DNA of 64,000 nt. Source: Tubiluchus corallicola. Its lineage: Eukaryota > Animalia > Priapulida. Position 1 is the first letter of the stretch, and every line of letters begins with the position of its first letter. Below, piece after piece: positions 48,102 to 61,379 of this stretch. A model generated the notes under the pieces. It saw nothing but the letters and a program-made list of their open reading frames with translations, was not told the origin of the DNA and searched no databases. A program made the position numbers and the translations under genes. Location of the stretch: positions 124,001-188,000 of the forward strand of contig JAQGDQ010000331.1 of NCBI GenBank assembly GCA_030141605.1, written 5' to 3'.

Positions 48102-50654
48102 TACGTATAATTCAACGTTCTTTCCAGGACAGTATGTCTTATTATTTTTTTAAAGATTATCTTTAATTCTTTAAGCCTGTAGAGCTTACATTGTTTATAT
48201 GCGTCAAACTAGATTTATAAAAATGCTCATTGATTTTACGTCTCTAACCGTAGTCATAAAGTGTAGTTATAATTTGCTTTACTCATATATTTAGGCCTGA
48301 AATATTTTTCTCTGCACTATTGTTTTACTTTATATTTATAAATAACAAATTGGTTACAGTGGCAGTAATAGCCTTGCAGCACAATTGAATATGAGAAATT
48401 AATAAGTAACTAAGTGAGATCATCAGTACTACTTTATTTAATAAACTAACTAGCTTTTAGGTATTAATGTTTCATTCACAGACTGTTAAAGTTCCTGTAC
48501 ACATGGCTTTCAGTGAATCAGCAAATTATTTTATATTGTGAACTTAGATTAAAAAGTGTCTGCCAAATTTTAATTTCGCAATAAAAAGTGTAAAACTGCT
48601 GTTCACTTTTAGATATGACTGGTAGTTGGCATTCAGTACTAGTTTGTACTCAACGCCTTAAGCATGCTTAGATAGGTTCTAATGAGATCCCCATTAAATT
48701 AGTGACTTAGGTCGGAGTTGTCTTAATGCATGAAATTAATATACCAGTTCTTACTTTTCGTTAAGTACTAATTAAAATTTAGCGAAGTGTAACAAGAAGC
48801 AGTACAACTGGTTTTACCTGCCTAGTAGATGGCAGATTAGATCATGATTTATTGTCAGTGTGCTTGTGGTTGACATTGTCGTATTATGGTAATTAACACT
48901 GCCGCCTGTTATGATAATGATTATAAGATATTGGTCTTACTGACAGCAAATAATATTGTAATGACAAGAAAATAATAATTACTTAATACTCAAGTGTTAA
49001 TATGCATGTATGTAATAATTTTGCTCATAGACAAAAAAAAGAATTTAATTTCCTTTTTCCTTTAGGCTAGCAGGGCCTTTTTCCTTGTTTTTTGTTTTGT
49101 GCTGACTGCTTAAATAAGGCTTGGGTTTTGACACAAATGTAGTACTTATGGGTATGAGCCATGTAGGAAGTCATGTTATCTTTTCCTGTAAAGTGTACAG
49201 TATGTAGGTTCATCATAGCCACCTACTGCGCCTGTAATAGTAAGCTTTTAGTTTGCCTATCATTCAAGTAGATTTATTTGTCCTTTTTATGGGAAACCAG
49301 CAAACTACCTTACAACGCTTACACTATGATAGGATTCACAAAATTTTGTTGGTAACTAAATGAGTCGGGGTTTTGATAACTGTAATTCCATTTACGAGGT
49401 ATCAGTTGTTTATGTTGATATGTGTTAATCAAGTTATTTATTTTAGGAAAGTAGTTGTTTCTTACAGCTACATTCTAGCCAGTATTACAGGCTTTATTAA
49501 TATGAAAATAGGCTATCTGTTGTAATTTATGAATCACTATTTCACAATTTACAGTTCTGCCAGTCTTTACACATCCCTTGTTCACCTGACTGTTTCTACT
49601 TTTAAGTTGAAATTTAATATTTTAGCAATATATGTACAGCCGTTGTGGTTCCTTTTTCTAGTTCATATTTTTATGAATTTTGCTTATGTATAGTTACACA
49701 CATCCTGTCTTGTAGTTCCTACTCGAGAAGGAAAACAGATTGAAAAGGCAGTCATTTGGATTGTTGCAGACTGGCTGATTTAAATTTAATTAATGGACAT
49801 TTTTGTCTGTGTCAAAAACTGTAGTAATATTCTGCTTCTGTGATACTTTATGTGACAGCTTTTGTTTTTCAAATAAAAAATGTTTTCCAGTGTATAGTTA
49901 ACATAATGTATGTAACTGCTGTTGTGCTTGACATTAAAAGCTTTGGTGAAACCGGAGCTCGTCATTTTTTCACCAATGGCTCGTAACTCAAGGCTCTGAA
50001 GGACACAGTAGTGCCCTCTGTTGAAGGTGTTTGTTTGTGACGTACTGCATACATTCGATAGCTCATGCCTGAGCACAGCGGTAAATTTGAAATTTGAGTT
50101 TTTATCTTGAAACTTGCCCAGTTTTAGTACGACACATTGAATCTCTTACAGTAGTGCTGTACTTCAGTTTTGCTTTTGCAAATAGGGGCAACGCAACGTT
50201 CTTGCGGTTGAAAATTATTTTCGTTTGTGATGTCATCAATAGTTGGGCTGCCCACTGTTAATTAAGATGTAAATCTATTATTTACTTATCAGAAACTTGT
50301 TTGCACTATTATTGGTATTAAAATGTATACTTTTTACTGTACTTGAAAATGGGGTTAGTATATGAAAAATCTTCCTGCCTTCTTTTAAGTTAGTTCCGTG
50401 TTGCTTTTCTTAGCAACCAAACACACAGCATAACTACACAAGAATTTTCTTTCCCAGTTATCAGCAAACTTCAGAAAGTTGCAAAATAATTAATTTTACT
50501 AGCATTTTAACTGTAGCACATCCAAACCAATTTTAAGGAAAATTCAGTCTAATATTATTTTTAGGAACTAACAAAACCTGACGTAAGCATTTTGCATAAT
50601 GTCCAAACAGTGTGAACTGGAAAAGAACATAAAAATGTGTGAGGCAAAAACTGA

Positions 50655-50727
50655 ATGGGGATTCGAATTCCTGGCTTTTAGATGCTCTTGAGCAGAATTC
50701 AATGTACTAGCCAGTTGCGCCACCGGT
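50655..50727 (-). repeat. Degenerate tRNA-like (SINE-type) sequence within a larger repeat
   Basis: The minus strand has GGTGGCGCAACTGG (A-box-like) and GAATTCGAATCCC (B-box-like); no proper acceptor or anticodon stems. Confidence 0.5.
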
Positions 50728-53700
50728 ACACCGAGTAATTATATTGGGTTAAACACGACATATAGTGTGGCACGCTGTGACTTTCAGATTGAAATTTCCG
50801 TTATTTAGCCGAGAATTTGTTGATCGATGTTCGCGCTCATTTGGGTGTTTTCAAAATGGACTTCTATCATCTTGTTGGCCAGCTCTTTCTCTTTCCAAAG
50901 AGCTATAAAACTCCCTTAAACACTCCGAAAACAAGCCTGACAAACGCATTTTCTTGACGATATTCCGCGAACATTTTAACACTGAGTTCGGACCTTTTCA
51001 TCTTTAACCTGTGGGCTTGAGGTCCAGCGTTCATCAAAATCGGCAAAACTCACATCATTCGATTCATCTCATCGAGAGCTTCCATTTGATATATTACACG
51101 ATACTGTTACTCGACATTGGACAGCCTGGACCCCGCCTAGCCACACACCAAAAACTGTGGCTCTAGCCCAAAAACTGTAGTTTGAAATCCAACCTAACGA
51201 AAAAATATTCCCTGCCCACTCCGTGACATTTGACCCAGGGGTAACGGGCCACATAAATTAATATTATGCGCCCTGTGAGTTCGTGGCCCTAGCCCTGTGC
51301 TTGTGCGAGATATTAAAGAAACAAAAAGGGAGAAGAATAAAACTAGTAAATTGCAGACAGAATCTTAACTGCATGATTCAATGAATCCACCCATTCAATC
51401 TCAGCTCCCTAATTCATCATTTTTACAAATGTGACGCAGATGTTGAATTTATGTGTTGCTGCAGGTCGGAAATTGACAGGTGCTGCCGCATGTCGGAAAT
51501 TGTAGGAATATGCTTAGATAATTGCTTAGAAGTTAGAATGTTTTAATGCGCGTGTCAGTAGAAAAGTTCAATGAGGTTAACTATGATAGACTTCATTTTT
51601 GAAAACTTGCATCCTATTCTCATGTTTTTGGTTAATTACAGTTATTTAGTTAAGAGTATTGCTAAGCGGGCGTTATCATCACATTATCATTGATTTTTCA
51701 GCAGTTTATGTTGTCATACTTGTGGTTTTTAATTGCACCTACTGACTTACTTTTCTTTGAAACAAATATAAATGGGACGTGGCTGTCGTGCCACAAATAC
51801 TTTTGCTTTTAAAACTCTTTAAATTTATTGTGTAAAGCTATAAGCAAGCAAACATAAATACAAATTGGATGCTAGACCAAGCTTATTGAAATTTTACTGT
51901 GGGTCAATCCATACATGAAATTTGAATGTGAATTAGAAACAGTAAGTTGATCAATGGAAACACTTGTCAAAAAATAAATAGCAGTTTCTGAAGGCCAGTG
52001 AATGTTACTTTTTCAAGTTTTAGAAAACAGTTTTTTTTAAGTCCAAATGAGAAAATAGTTTTTTTAAAGTACAGATCGTGATACATGTACGGTTATTTCG
52101 ATTTTTTACTTGTTATATTGTAATATATATATACTTTTGGCATAACTTTGCTATCCATATGGTTACCAGTAACGTTTTCAGCACACAGTTGTTTCAAACT
52201 TTTAGTTTTGTTTTGTATCTACGTTATCGCATAATTATCGAATATCGTATAGTCTCTTCTTCATATGGTATGAAGCCTCAAATTATCGTATGTTCCGATA
52301 ATTATTGTATAACGGCAACCCTGGCACGGCGCCCAATTGTCTCTCACCCAAGTGTCTGGCGCCCATACGCCCAGTTTACCCGCAGATGCTTCACATACAA
52401 CCAAAAATAGATTTTTTTATTCCAGTTTGTCAGTTTGATATGTTTTGAAGTAAACAAATTACGTTTATGGTGGAATACAATATTTGCAGAATGAAAGTGC
52501 ATTTTTTGCTTGTTAGTCTAAATATTATAGTATATATAACATAATGTAATAACGTGTAGCATGTATACATTTATATGTCATACATATATAAATATGTATT
52601 ATATGTGCAAAGTAAATTTCTCCAAAAGATAATTTTAAATTCAGTAAGGTCCTGCCGAATATTTTCTGCAACTTCAGATACAAGAATAATCATTTGAAGA
52701 CAGTAAATCTTTTGAAAATTACTTGAAGACAGTAATTTTTGAAAATTCTAGGTTTTGTTTGCCCTGTCTCATGTTTTCAAAATCAGTAACCCAATTGAAA
52801 GTAACATTAATATGATTTCAGGTATTTTTATTTTTGCTTTTACAAATTCTGACAGCTGTCGTAATTCACGTTTTTCATTACTGTAATAGACTGTATTATC
52901 TTTTTTCTCTTTCTACCTGGCCTTGACCTAATGTGTGCAAATTATTAAATACATAATGACAATTTCTGTGCTACAATAACTGTCAGCCAGTTATCACTCA
53001 CACCGTTCCATTGTTAGCTAGGCAATCGATGAATGAATGCTGTTTTTACCTGTATTATAAATGTGAAAGCCGCATAATCCTTCCTATTATGGTATTACCT
53101 GAAGCTGTTTGTAGAAAATATGTGTCAGAGTGGACTTCTAGTGTGAGTTTTAACACTTACCAATGGCCAATTGGGTTATTTATAGTTTATATAGCTAGTT
53201 AAGAACTGTTTATAAACAACTTAGAAATTATTAATTTGTAATTAATTTGAGTTTTTGCTCCATTGACTTAGTTATAATATTCTTAAGGTTAAGGTGCGTG
53301 CGCGTAGTTTGTTGCTGGCATGTCTTTAAAAACTCATGGTAACTAGAAATGAAGTTTGTAGCGTTGTAGATAAAAAAGAATAGGTCTACAGTTTTGGTCA
53401 TAATGTTTAATTTTGTCTTACTCGCTAGCCAATAACTCCATAGAGCTGTTCAACCTGCCGTATTGTTCTCCTAGTTCATGTAATGCAAAACCTTGACATT
53501 TACTCATTGTGAGGTAAATAATGCGTACAAAACCTTCTCAAACTTGGATTCGTAACAACTGTAATTTTTTAGATGTAAAACAGAGCAAACTGTTAGCAGC
53601 TAGCTTATTATCATCATTTCAGCCGAGTTCTTATATCGTCTTAATCGTTATGCTCTGGTCCCTAAGCATTCATTTTTCGAAAAATTTATTTCCTTCTGGA

Positions 53701-55317
53701 ATGTTACCGATTCTTCGACGCTTAACTATTGTAAGACGAAAGAAATCTTTGAGCAAATGATGTCAGTATTTTTAATAGTTTAATAATGAATTTCGCAATG
53801 CAAAGCTAAATAGGCAATGACTAGAAAGAGGGGGAAGGAGTGAAAAAGAGCAGAAGAATTAGAGAGCATTAAAAAAGTTAACAGTAATAATAATAATAAT
53901 AAATCTATTATATACTGTTATGTACAGTAATAATATTACCCCTCTATTTGCAGAGAAAATGACTCTACTAATATAACAGTTACATATTTAGATATCACCA
54001 CTACATAGTCAACACCTGATCTTAAATAATGTACTTTAAATAATATAATTATAATTTAAATAGGAAAACAAAACATAATTAATTATCATCTAAATTTACA
54101 ACGATATCAGAAGGATAATAAGGAATAATGTAGAAAAACAATACATATGCAGTCTGAGTTGCATGTAAAACTTTGTACACTATATACAAATTGCTATATT
54201 TTTCACTAATGAGCTACATAGTGAAAATTGTATTTTCTGCGTGATTCATAGCGTCTTTAGCAACATATTAAATCTTTAACAACATTTACAAGTGCAAAAA
54301 AAGAATTTTTGTCTCCATAGCAGCATATATCTTTCAGATAAAAACTTTGCATAACTATTCTTATTTGTTGTTGTAAGGTTTGTTTTTAGTAATGGAAGAT
54401 TGAATGCGTTGGCGTTTGTATGTCTGTCCTACAAACGCACATATTAGTGTCAGTTAGGCCTACTAAATTATAATCATTGTTGCAATCACGTCCTAGTAGC
54501 AAATTTGCTGCAGTTAATTCTATTCGGCGCCTATACCATTCTGTGGAGAGAGTCCAAGTGAATTGAGAAATAACGTAAATCGTGATGTACATGTAAATGT
54601 CTGGCGCACTAGTTCATAATCTATAATACTGCTCTCGCTTTCACTCATGCACTAAATATCTGTAAAACAAGTACGGTATGTGGAGTGCCCAAGTGCCGCA
54701 CTGCGTTTCATTACACTTAAAATTATAAGCATTAATCAAAGTTACGCAGTTTTTTTAGTGTTGTAGCTTTTCAACAAGTTGCATTTAACACCTATGTACA
54801 TTGTAGAATTTTGTGGTCTAATCATCTAAGAGCTTGAATTTTTTTCTTATCTGAGACTGAGTTCTATATTAGTCTTACGGATCTAGGAATTATAATCCGT
54901 ATCGTGCTCAATTCATGAATTCAAAAGTCAAAACACTGAGATATAAGTAAATCACCAGCTTGTAAACTATAACCAGTAGGTTTTTACACTTGAAAAATGC
55001 AATTAAAGACACTACAAGTAACCCGTACATTATTGTATAGATACTATATAGAACATAATTAAGGGTTTAGAGCTTAGCAGCACTAGCTAAGCAGTAGAAC
55101 TTACATTACAAAACACTGATTAGGAGGCAAGCAGTTCACAGTCGGTAGAGAAAAAGTGTTTGATGAGGTAAGCATCTCACCTGCTTGTACCTAAAATGCG
55201 TTGTAATTCAAATGACATGCTAAGCAAAACGATATTTATTATTACAATATAATTTGGCCAGAACAACGGGCCTTTTTAAGCTTACGAAGTATGTAATATT
55301 TAAAAATATCTGGAAAC

Positions 55318-55408
55318 TGTGTGTGTGTGTGTGTGTGTGTGGGTGTGGGTGTGTGTGTGTGTGTGTGTGTCTGTGTGTGTGCGCGTGCTTGCGCGTGCGT
55401 GCGTGTGT
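55318..55408. repeat. (TG)n/(TGCG)n microsatellite
   Basis: Direct reading. Confidence 0.95.
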
Positions 55409-58400
55409 ATTTGTTATTATTCAATAAAAAGGAAAACGTCGAGTAAGCTCAACACGTTTTAAAATCTATAATGCAGCTCAGTTTTTCTTGTTTGACAGCC
55501 CATGTAAACACAGGTTCGTGACAATGGCACATAGTGTTTTAAACGACAGTTCCCTGCAGTTTGGCAGAAAAAAACAAATAGGCGAGCAACCAAAAATGCT
55601 TCGCATTCTGGACTAGTTTTTTGTAGTTGCAAATTTTTTCCAACATTTTTTCATTTGTCTGTGAACGAATTTCTAAGCATTGCGAAATGAGATATTTTGA
55701 CTAGGATAAGAGTAGTATCAAATTAAAGCCTTACACTCTTGTTGATACTCGTTCCTAGTAAGAAAATGCCGCATTTATCCGCTTTTGCACATCTTAGGGC
55801 AGACTGTAAGGACGATTATGTTGTGGTGTCGAAAAAATTCAATTTTAAATTGTCAATTAATTAATGAATATAGGTTTAGTAATAATGTTCGTTATTTTGT
55901 TACAGTGTTACAGTATATGTTTTTACAAGTTTATTTTATTGCGTTTAATAGAAAGCCATCTATAGACGTGCTTACGTCCTTTGTACGTGTGCATTTGTAC
56001 TGGTTGTAATTTTATTTGTTTTAAAAGAATTTGGCTTTACCGACTCTAATTCTCTAAAGAAAGGTTTGTGTTGTGTGTAAGGTTCTCGGGCCTAACTGCT
56101 TAGAAATAATAATTGATCTAGTTGTTTAAGATACATTATGTATACTTTAGTAAAATTAATATCGAGCACCATCTGTCAAAAAATTCAGTCAGTTCCTTTA
56201 AGAATGTTTGTTGGTGTACCCACGTATTTGATTTTAAGCAAGTAATGCTATTTGGACTGTTCGTAAGCTTTTATTTTCGACTGAAGATATTTCCTGTAAA
56301 ATAAGCACGTGGAAAGACTTAAAATAATATTCAGTTCTGCCCTTTTGCGCAGCTTCTTTTATCGCAAGTTATCAATCGCTGTACTGTAAGTTAATGGCTT
56401 TGGTGAACTTGTAACAGACCTTTACTTTTAATTAAACTTGCTAGATATTCTAGGCATATGTTGATAAATGACTTTATAATAACGAAGTTTGTTGGACATT
56501 GAACGCTTCTTTTGTCTTGTTCGTTATTCATTTGTAGAAATTCTCTGTCAACCAAATTCCAAGTTACTTGTTTGTCCTTGTTACAAGTATTTGTACTTAA
56601 AATAACTAATGATTGTGCATGTAGGTAAAATCTTACTAACACAGTTCCGGGTTCATTGGTTTATATAATATTTTTATTTTCACGTTATTGTTTCTTATTC
56701 AAGGACTTGTCGTTGACGTATTACAGAAATCTTCCTATTAAGCTGGTAAACGATCTAAACAACATGCACATTTTACCGCTCTGTATTAGTTGTTTTGTGT
56801 TTTGAAGGAAAGAAAAATAAGCAGGATTAGCGAGTTTAATACTTAGCTTTGTGGTTTGGTTCTAGCTAATCAGATTTAACCTAGAATAAAGCCTTTCAGT
56901 TATTATCTATATCTGTGGAATTTAGTTCACTGTTCCAATAAAATGTTCAGAGTTTGATACTTTGTAATAACCAAGTTCTTCAAAAATTAAACATTTTAAG
57001 AATGGTGAAGTATTGTTTTTAATACATCCGATAGCTTTTAATCGTTGAAAGTGGTCTTGCACGATTTTATCAATATTTTGGTTGTATGCACAAAATTTTC
57101 ATTGTATTTTAGTCAGCGCAAAGCCATTACAGCAGTAAATATAAAAATTGTGATTTCGTTTAAACCAGAGAATCAGGATCTTACATAGTAGCGCGTGCTT
57201 GTTAGTGAAAGAGGAATGGCTATAACACTGTATAAACAAGCTATAGTGGACAAATTATCCGAGAATAAATTTCGTGTAAATACGCATTATAGAATGACGG
57301 TTCCAAAGGTATTCCAAAATACCTTGTGTCCAAATTACTTGTGCTTCGTGGCGAAGCATCATGTGTCCACCGAAATGTCTTTAGCCTTTACCCCGGATTT
57401 ATTAATTGAGGCAATTTCATAATATAAGCATTTGTACTTGATTCACTGACATGTCACAACTGAAATGTGACTAAATTAAGTAATTACAAAAAAATCCGGA
57501 TTTGCTGCTGAGCGGAGCCATTTCATACATCTACCTATAGAAATGGGCTTAGCCTTTTTGTCTGGGTAACCTAGAAGTAAAAACTGGGGGCTTCAGCGGC
57601 AGCATTTGTTTGGATTTTACAGAAAAGCCAGTTTGTCTGTTATGAGCCCTAAGCCCCTGTTTAGGTGAGGGTAACCGAACGGCTCACCAAAACATACCAG
57701 TCACCTAAACAGTAGGGTGGTTCGAAAAAAAACTTCTTTTCGCCAATCAACTGTAATCATATAGGGATTTATGAGACTTGACCTAACTAAGAAAATGCCC
57801 AATTTTAATTTTGCTTGAGTAATGGAACACCTTTTTTCAGGTCAAACTTTGGTGAAAGCGTGAATAATAACAGATAATACCGATCAGTATAAAATAAAAT
57901 AAAAATCAACAATTAACTGGAATCACTCGGCGATTTAAGAGACTTAACTGGATTAAAAAAGAAACTGTTTTATTTTTATTTAATATGGCTATTAGTAATA
58001 CATTCTACAATTTTGCGAAAATGCTAATAATAGACGTTTTTACATTCTTTATTAAAAGTCATTGCAATAATAGAATTCAAGTAATACTGGTGAAATTATT
58101 TTCGTGATAGGTAGACCTACTGTAGATGTTTTTCAGTCTTTTTTCTAACTGATCTCTATGTTAACTTAATTCACACTGGAAAAGACACAAGAGTAAAAGA
58201 TGCTCACTAGATCAGTAGTTGCTGCAAAATCAAGGAATAGAAAATAAAAAGTACAACAAACAAATGGCAATTACACAGGTATTTAACAAATGTGTTTGGA
58301 ATAAGAAGTTGCTAAATTTTTATGTGATTTGATTATTAGAAACACTTTTACTTCCTGATCAAAATTTGACAAAACTGACGACTGTGGTGTTATTTAATTG

Positions 58401-59204
58401 ATACATTTTTTTTGTTTAAGACAGCATTTTATTCGCAATGAATTTTGTAGTTTTTCTTTGAACTAAATTCGGGCATTCCAAAGATAATTAAAGTAAACAT
58501 ATCGACATAAGTTGAACATTGAAAGTTTACTGTATTAAATAATAAATAAAAATGATGGATTTTATTGAAAGTCACAGCATTGCAGCAATAACAGAATACA
58601 AGATTGGAATACTATAAAAATAGATAAAGACGACTAAAGCAAAACTATATAAGCAATAAAACATGAAGTTTTGTACGATACATTGCTTACAAGAAAACAT
58701 CGAGAGAAATGACATCTCACGAAAGGTATCTTTTTAGTATTGTTTACTAAACAGTAATGGCTCTAGGTCACTTTGGCAGCTGACTTGTATATCCCTAGCT
58801 GTTTACCAATCTGCCAATCTACCTAACTTCCTACTTGCTTGCCCTCCTGCCTACCTACCAAAACCGTTCAGACATGTGGCATATTGACACAAGGCACGTA
58901 GGTTTGAAAAACACTGTCCTGTTCCATTCCATTACATTCAGCTCCATTATATTATGTTCCTGACCGATTTATTCCACTCTGTTCTGTTCTGTTCTCCTCG
59001 GCTGTGTTCTTCACAACAAGAAAGTTAATCAGTCTGTTACTGACCAAGTAAGTAATGAAGTAAGTAGGTAGTCAGGCAGGCAAGCAGGCTAGTTGATTGG
59101 TTTGTTGGGAGGTAGGTAGATACTGGATAGGTAGGCAGGTAAGCATGAAGGTAGGTAAAAGCTGACAACCTCCCTTGCAAAAAAAGTTTTGGCACTGCTT
59201 GAAT

Positions 59205-59400
59205 CGTCCACTGCCCAGGAGCCACTGTCCAAGCACCACAGCCCAAGTGTTCGTTGCCCAAGTGTCCTACTTCCCAATTGTCTAGTGCCCAAATGTCCAC
59301 TGCCTAAGTGTCCGCTGCGTAAGGGTCCACTGCCCAAATGTCTACTCCCCAAGTGTCCAAGGGTCCACTACAGAAGCGTCCACAATGCCAAAATGTCCGC
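59205..59400. repeat. 15-bp-unit minisatellite (consensus ~GCCCAAGTGTCCACT)
   Basis: Roughly a dozen degenerate copies; they generate the spurious PKCPL/GHLGS repeat ORFs. Confidence 0.85.
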
Positions 59401-61172
59401 TAATGTGATAGTGATTACATTGTAAAACACAATGACTGAGATTCAACCACCTTGAAAATTTAAGATGTGCGTAGAATTTTTTTTATAATGCATGTCATTG
59501 AAACTTTCCGAGTGGCGGTTAAAATTTCCTGGAAAACCTAAAGCAGATAATCTTCACTAATTATAATTTTATTGGTGCGATAATGATCTAAATTTAGTTA
59601 CCCGCTGTTAGACTTTGTGGTTTTTGTGGAATGGTTGGCTTGCATATTTTTGATAAAGTTGATATATCGTAATTTATTATGGAAGTTTTGGCCAAAGTTT
59701 ACAATTACCCACACACAAGAAATTAGTTCGAGAAGCGGATTAGGTTAGGGTATTTAAATTGTTCGGGAAATTGTAAACTTCTTCCAAAGTTTTCAAGTTT
59801 GGGCACTAGATAAAACAACGTGTATTATGACAGTATTGTAGATGTTTGCGAATGCGATGCTACTACAATGTTATCTTACAACCAAGGTTTGTTTTTAACT
59901 CTAATGTAAAAACTAACAAGCTAATTGGAGAAAAAAAATATTGACGCTCGGGCGAATCATGTAGTTTTTTTGCCATTACTTTATTTCTTAATAGAAAAGA
60001 CAAATAAATGTGAACGTGTGATTTCTGATGCAGTTTTGCTACGCAGTGCGTCCAGTTTCGTGAGGACTGAAACTCGTCACTCCGAGACAGCTGTCTATAG
60101 TGGGATGAAGATATTCGTATGCCCGCTCTTGTGCGTAAACTTTGGTGAAAACCTGAAGGCACCCCACTGGTAAATAGTTCATTATTATTTCCACTCAACG
60201 AGTGATACCCAACTGCTGGCACGCGCCACTCGTAATGAGTTGGCAACGGACGGGGTTATGTCGAATCACTCCAATGTGCTTCATGTGTTGCGGAGATCTT
60301 ACAATCATAACTGCTAGACTGCGGATCAGGCGTGCAGTAGTAGTGAGCTCTAACATCTTGCTAAAGGAGTGAGGAATTTATCACAGTCGGTATGAGTGGG
60401 TCATCTTAGTGAAGTGTGCAGAGGCGGAAAATATGACCTAGTGTTCAGTGTGCATGTTTTGTTGAGAAATTCTGCTGTTTGTGAAGTGTACTCAAGTGTA
60501 TTACTGCGTTTTATGTGCATTTCTTAGTCAAGGTAGCCAAATACACAGCGACTTGCGTGGAAAGCAGTTAAAACAAACTTTTGTGACAGTTTCTGTTTAA
60601 TTGCCTGAATCACAAATCTAATGCATGTTCCTCGCTTTTGATTTAAAATTTTTGTGTTCGGTTTATTAAAAACGCATAGTAAGGAACGGTGTAATTTACA
60701 GTGCTTTGAAATTGTCTGCTAAATTTGGATTAAGAAATCGCATTAGGCGCTTGGTTTCCAGAGCAACTAATCATTTAGTCATTGGCCGAGTCACGTGACG
60801 AATGCAAATCAATAGTGCATCTTGCTCCAATGAGTGATTGGTCAGTAATTGTTAATTATCCAGTCGCTTCGTTCAGGCCAAATTGACGAGTTCCTGTGCA
60901 AAGGAAGCTTGGAGAGACTCAATATTGAACTGAGGCGATAGTATAACTGTATTTTGAAATTACAGTCTGTATGTAGTACTAGAAACTGGTGATTTTATAC
61001 AAAGGCGTTTATATATATGAAACACTATATATGAAACACATATAGAATATTGTGTTGTCACAATGTGATACGTCAAGCAGTTACTAGATTGTTCATTTGA
61101 GCATAACAATTATCGTGACATTTCTGTATCTTGAAAAATTCAGTGTTGAAGCGTTTGTCATTCTTAGGGATC

Positions 61173-61379
61173 ATGGGGCTCACATCTTCAAGATCTCACA
61201 GTGAGAGTAAACAAACTATGAGCAATATTTTACATGACAATAACAGCAGTTTAGATCGTTCTGAGAGTTTAATACGTAAACAAGATCGTGTGAATATGGT
61301 ATTCGCTCCAACTAAAGCTATCACGGCTCATATACTGGACCAAATTGTTGATTGCAGAAAAGCAGACAAAATATATAAG
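61173..61379 (+). CDS. Candidate first coding exon of an unknown gene with an N-myristoylation motif
   Basis: Acceptor TTCTTAG at 61167, ATCATGG start, MGLTSSR (MGxxxS), 69 codons, AAG|GTAACG phase-0 donor. No downstream exon recognised in the window. Confidence 0.5.

Noticed and set aside
49716-49790. Possible exon after TTGTAG
   Set aside because: Short frames ending in stops, no recognisable homology.
59205-59400. CRISPR-like array or repeat protein (PKCPL/GHLGS ORFs)
   Set aside because: Units are contiguous 15-mers without unique spacers, no cas genes are present and the context is eukaryotic; the ORFs arise from the repeat period.
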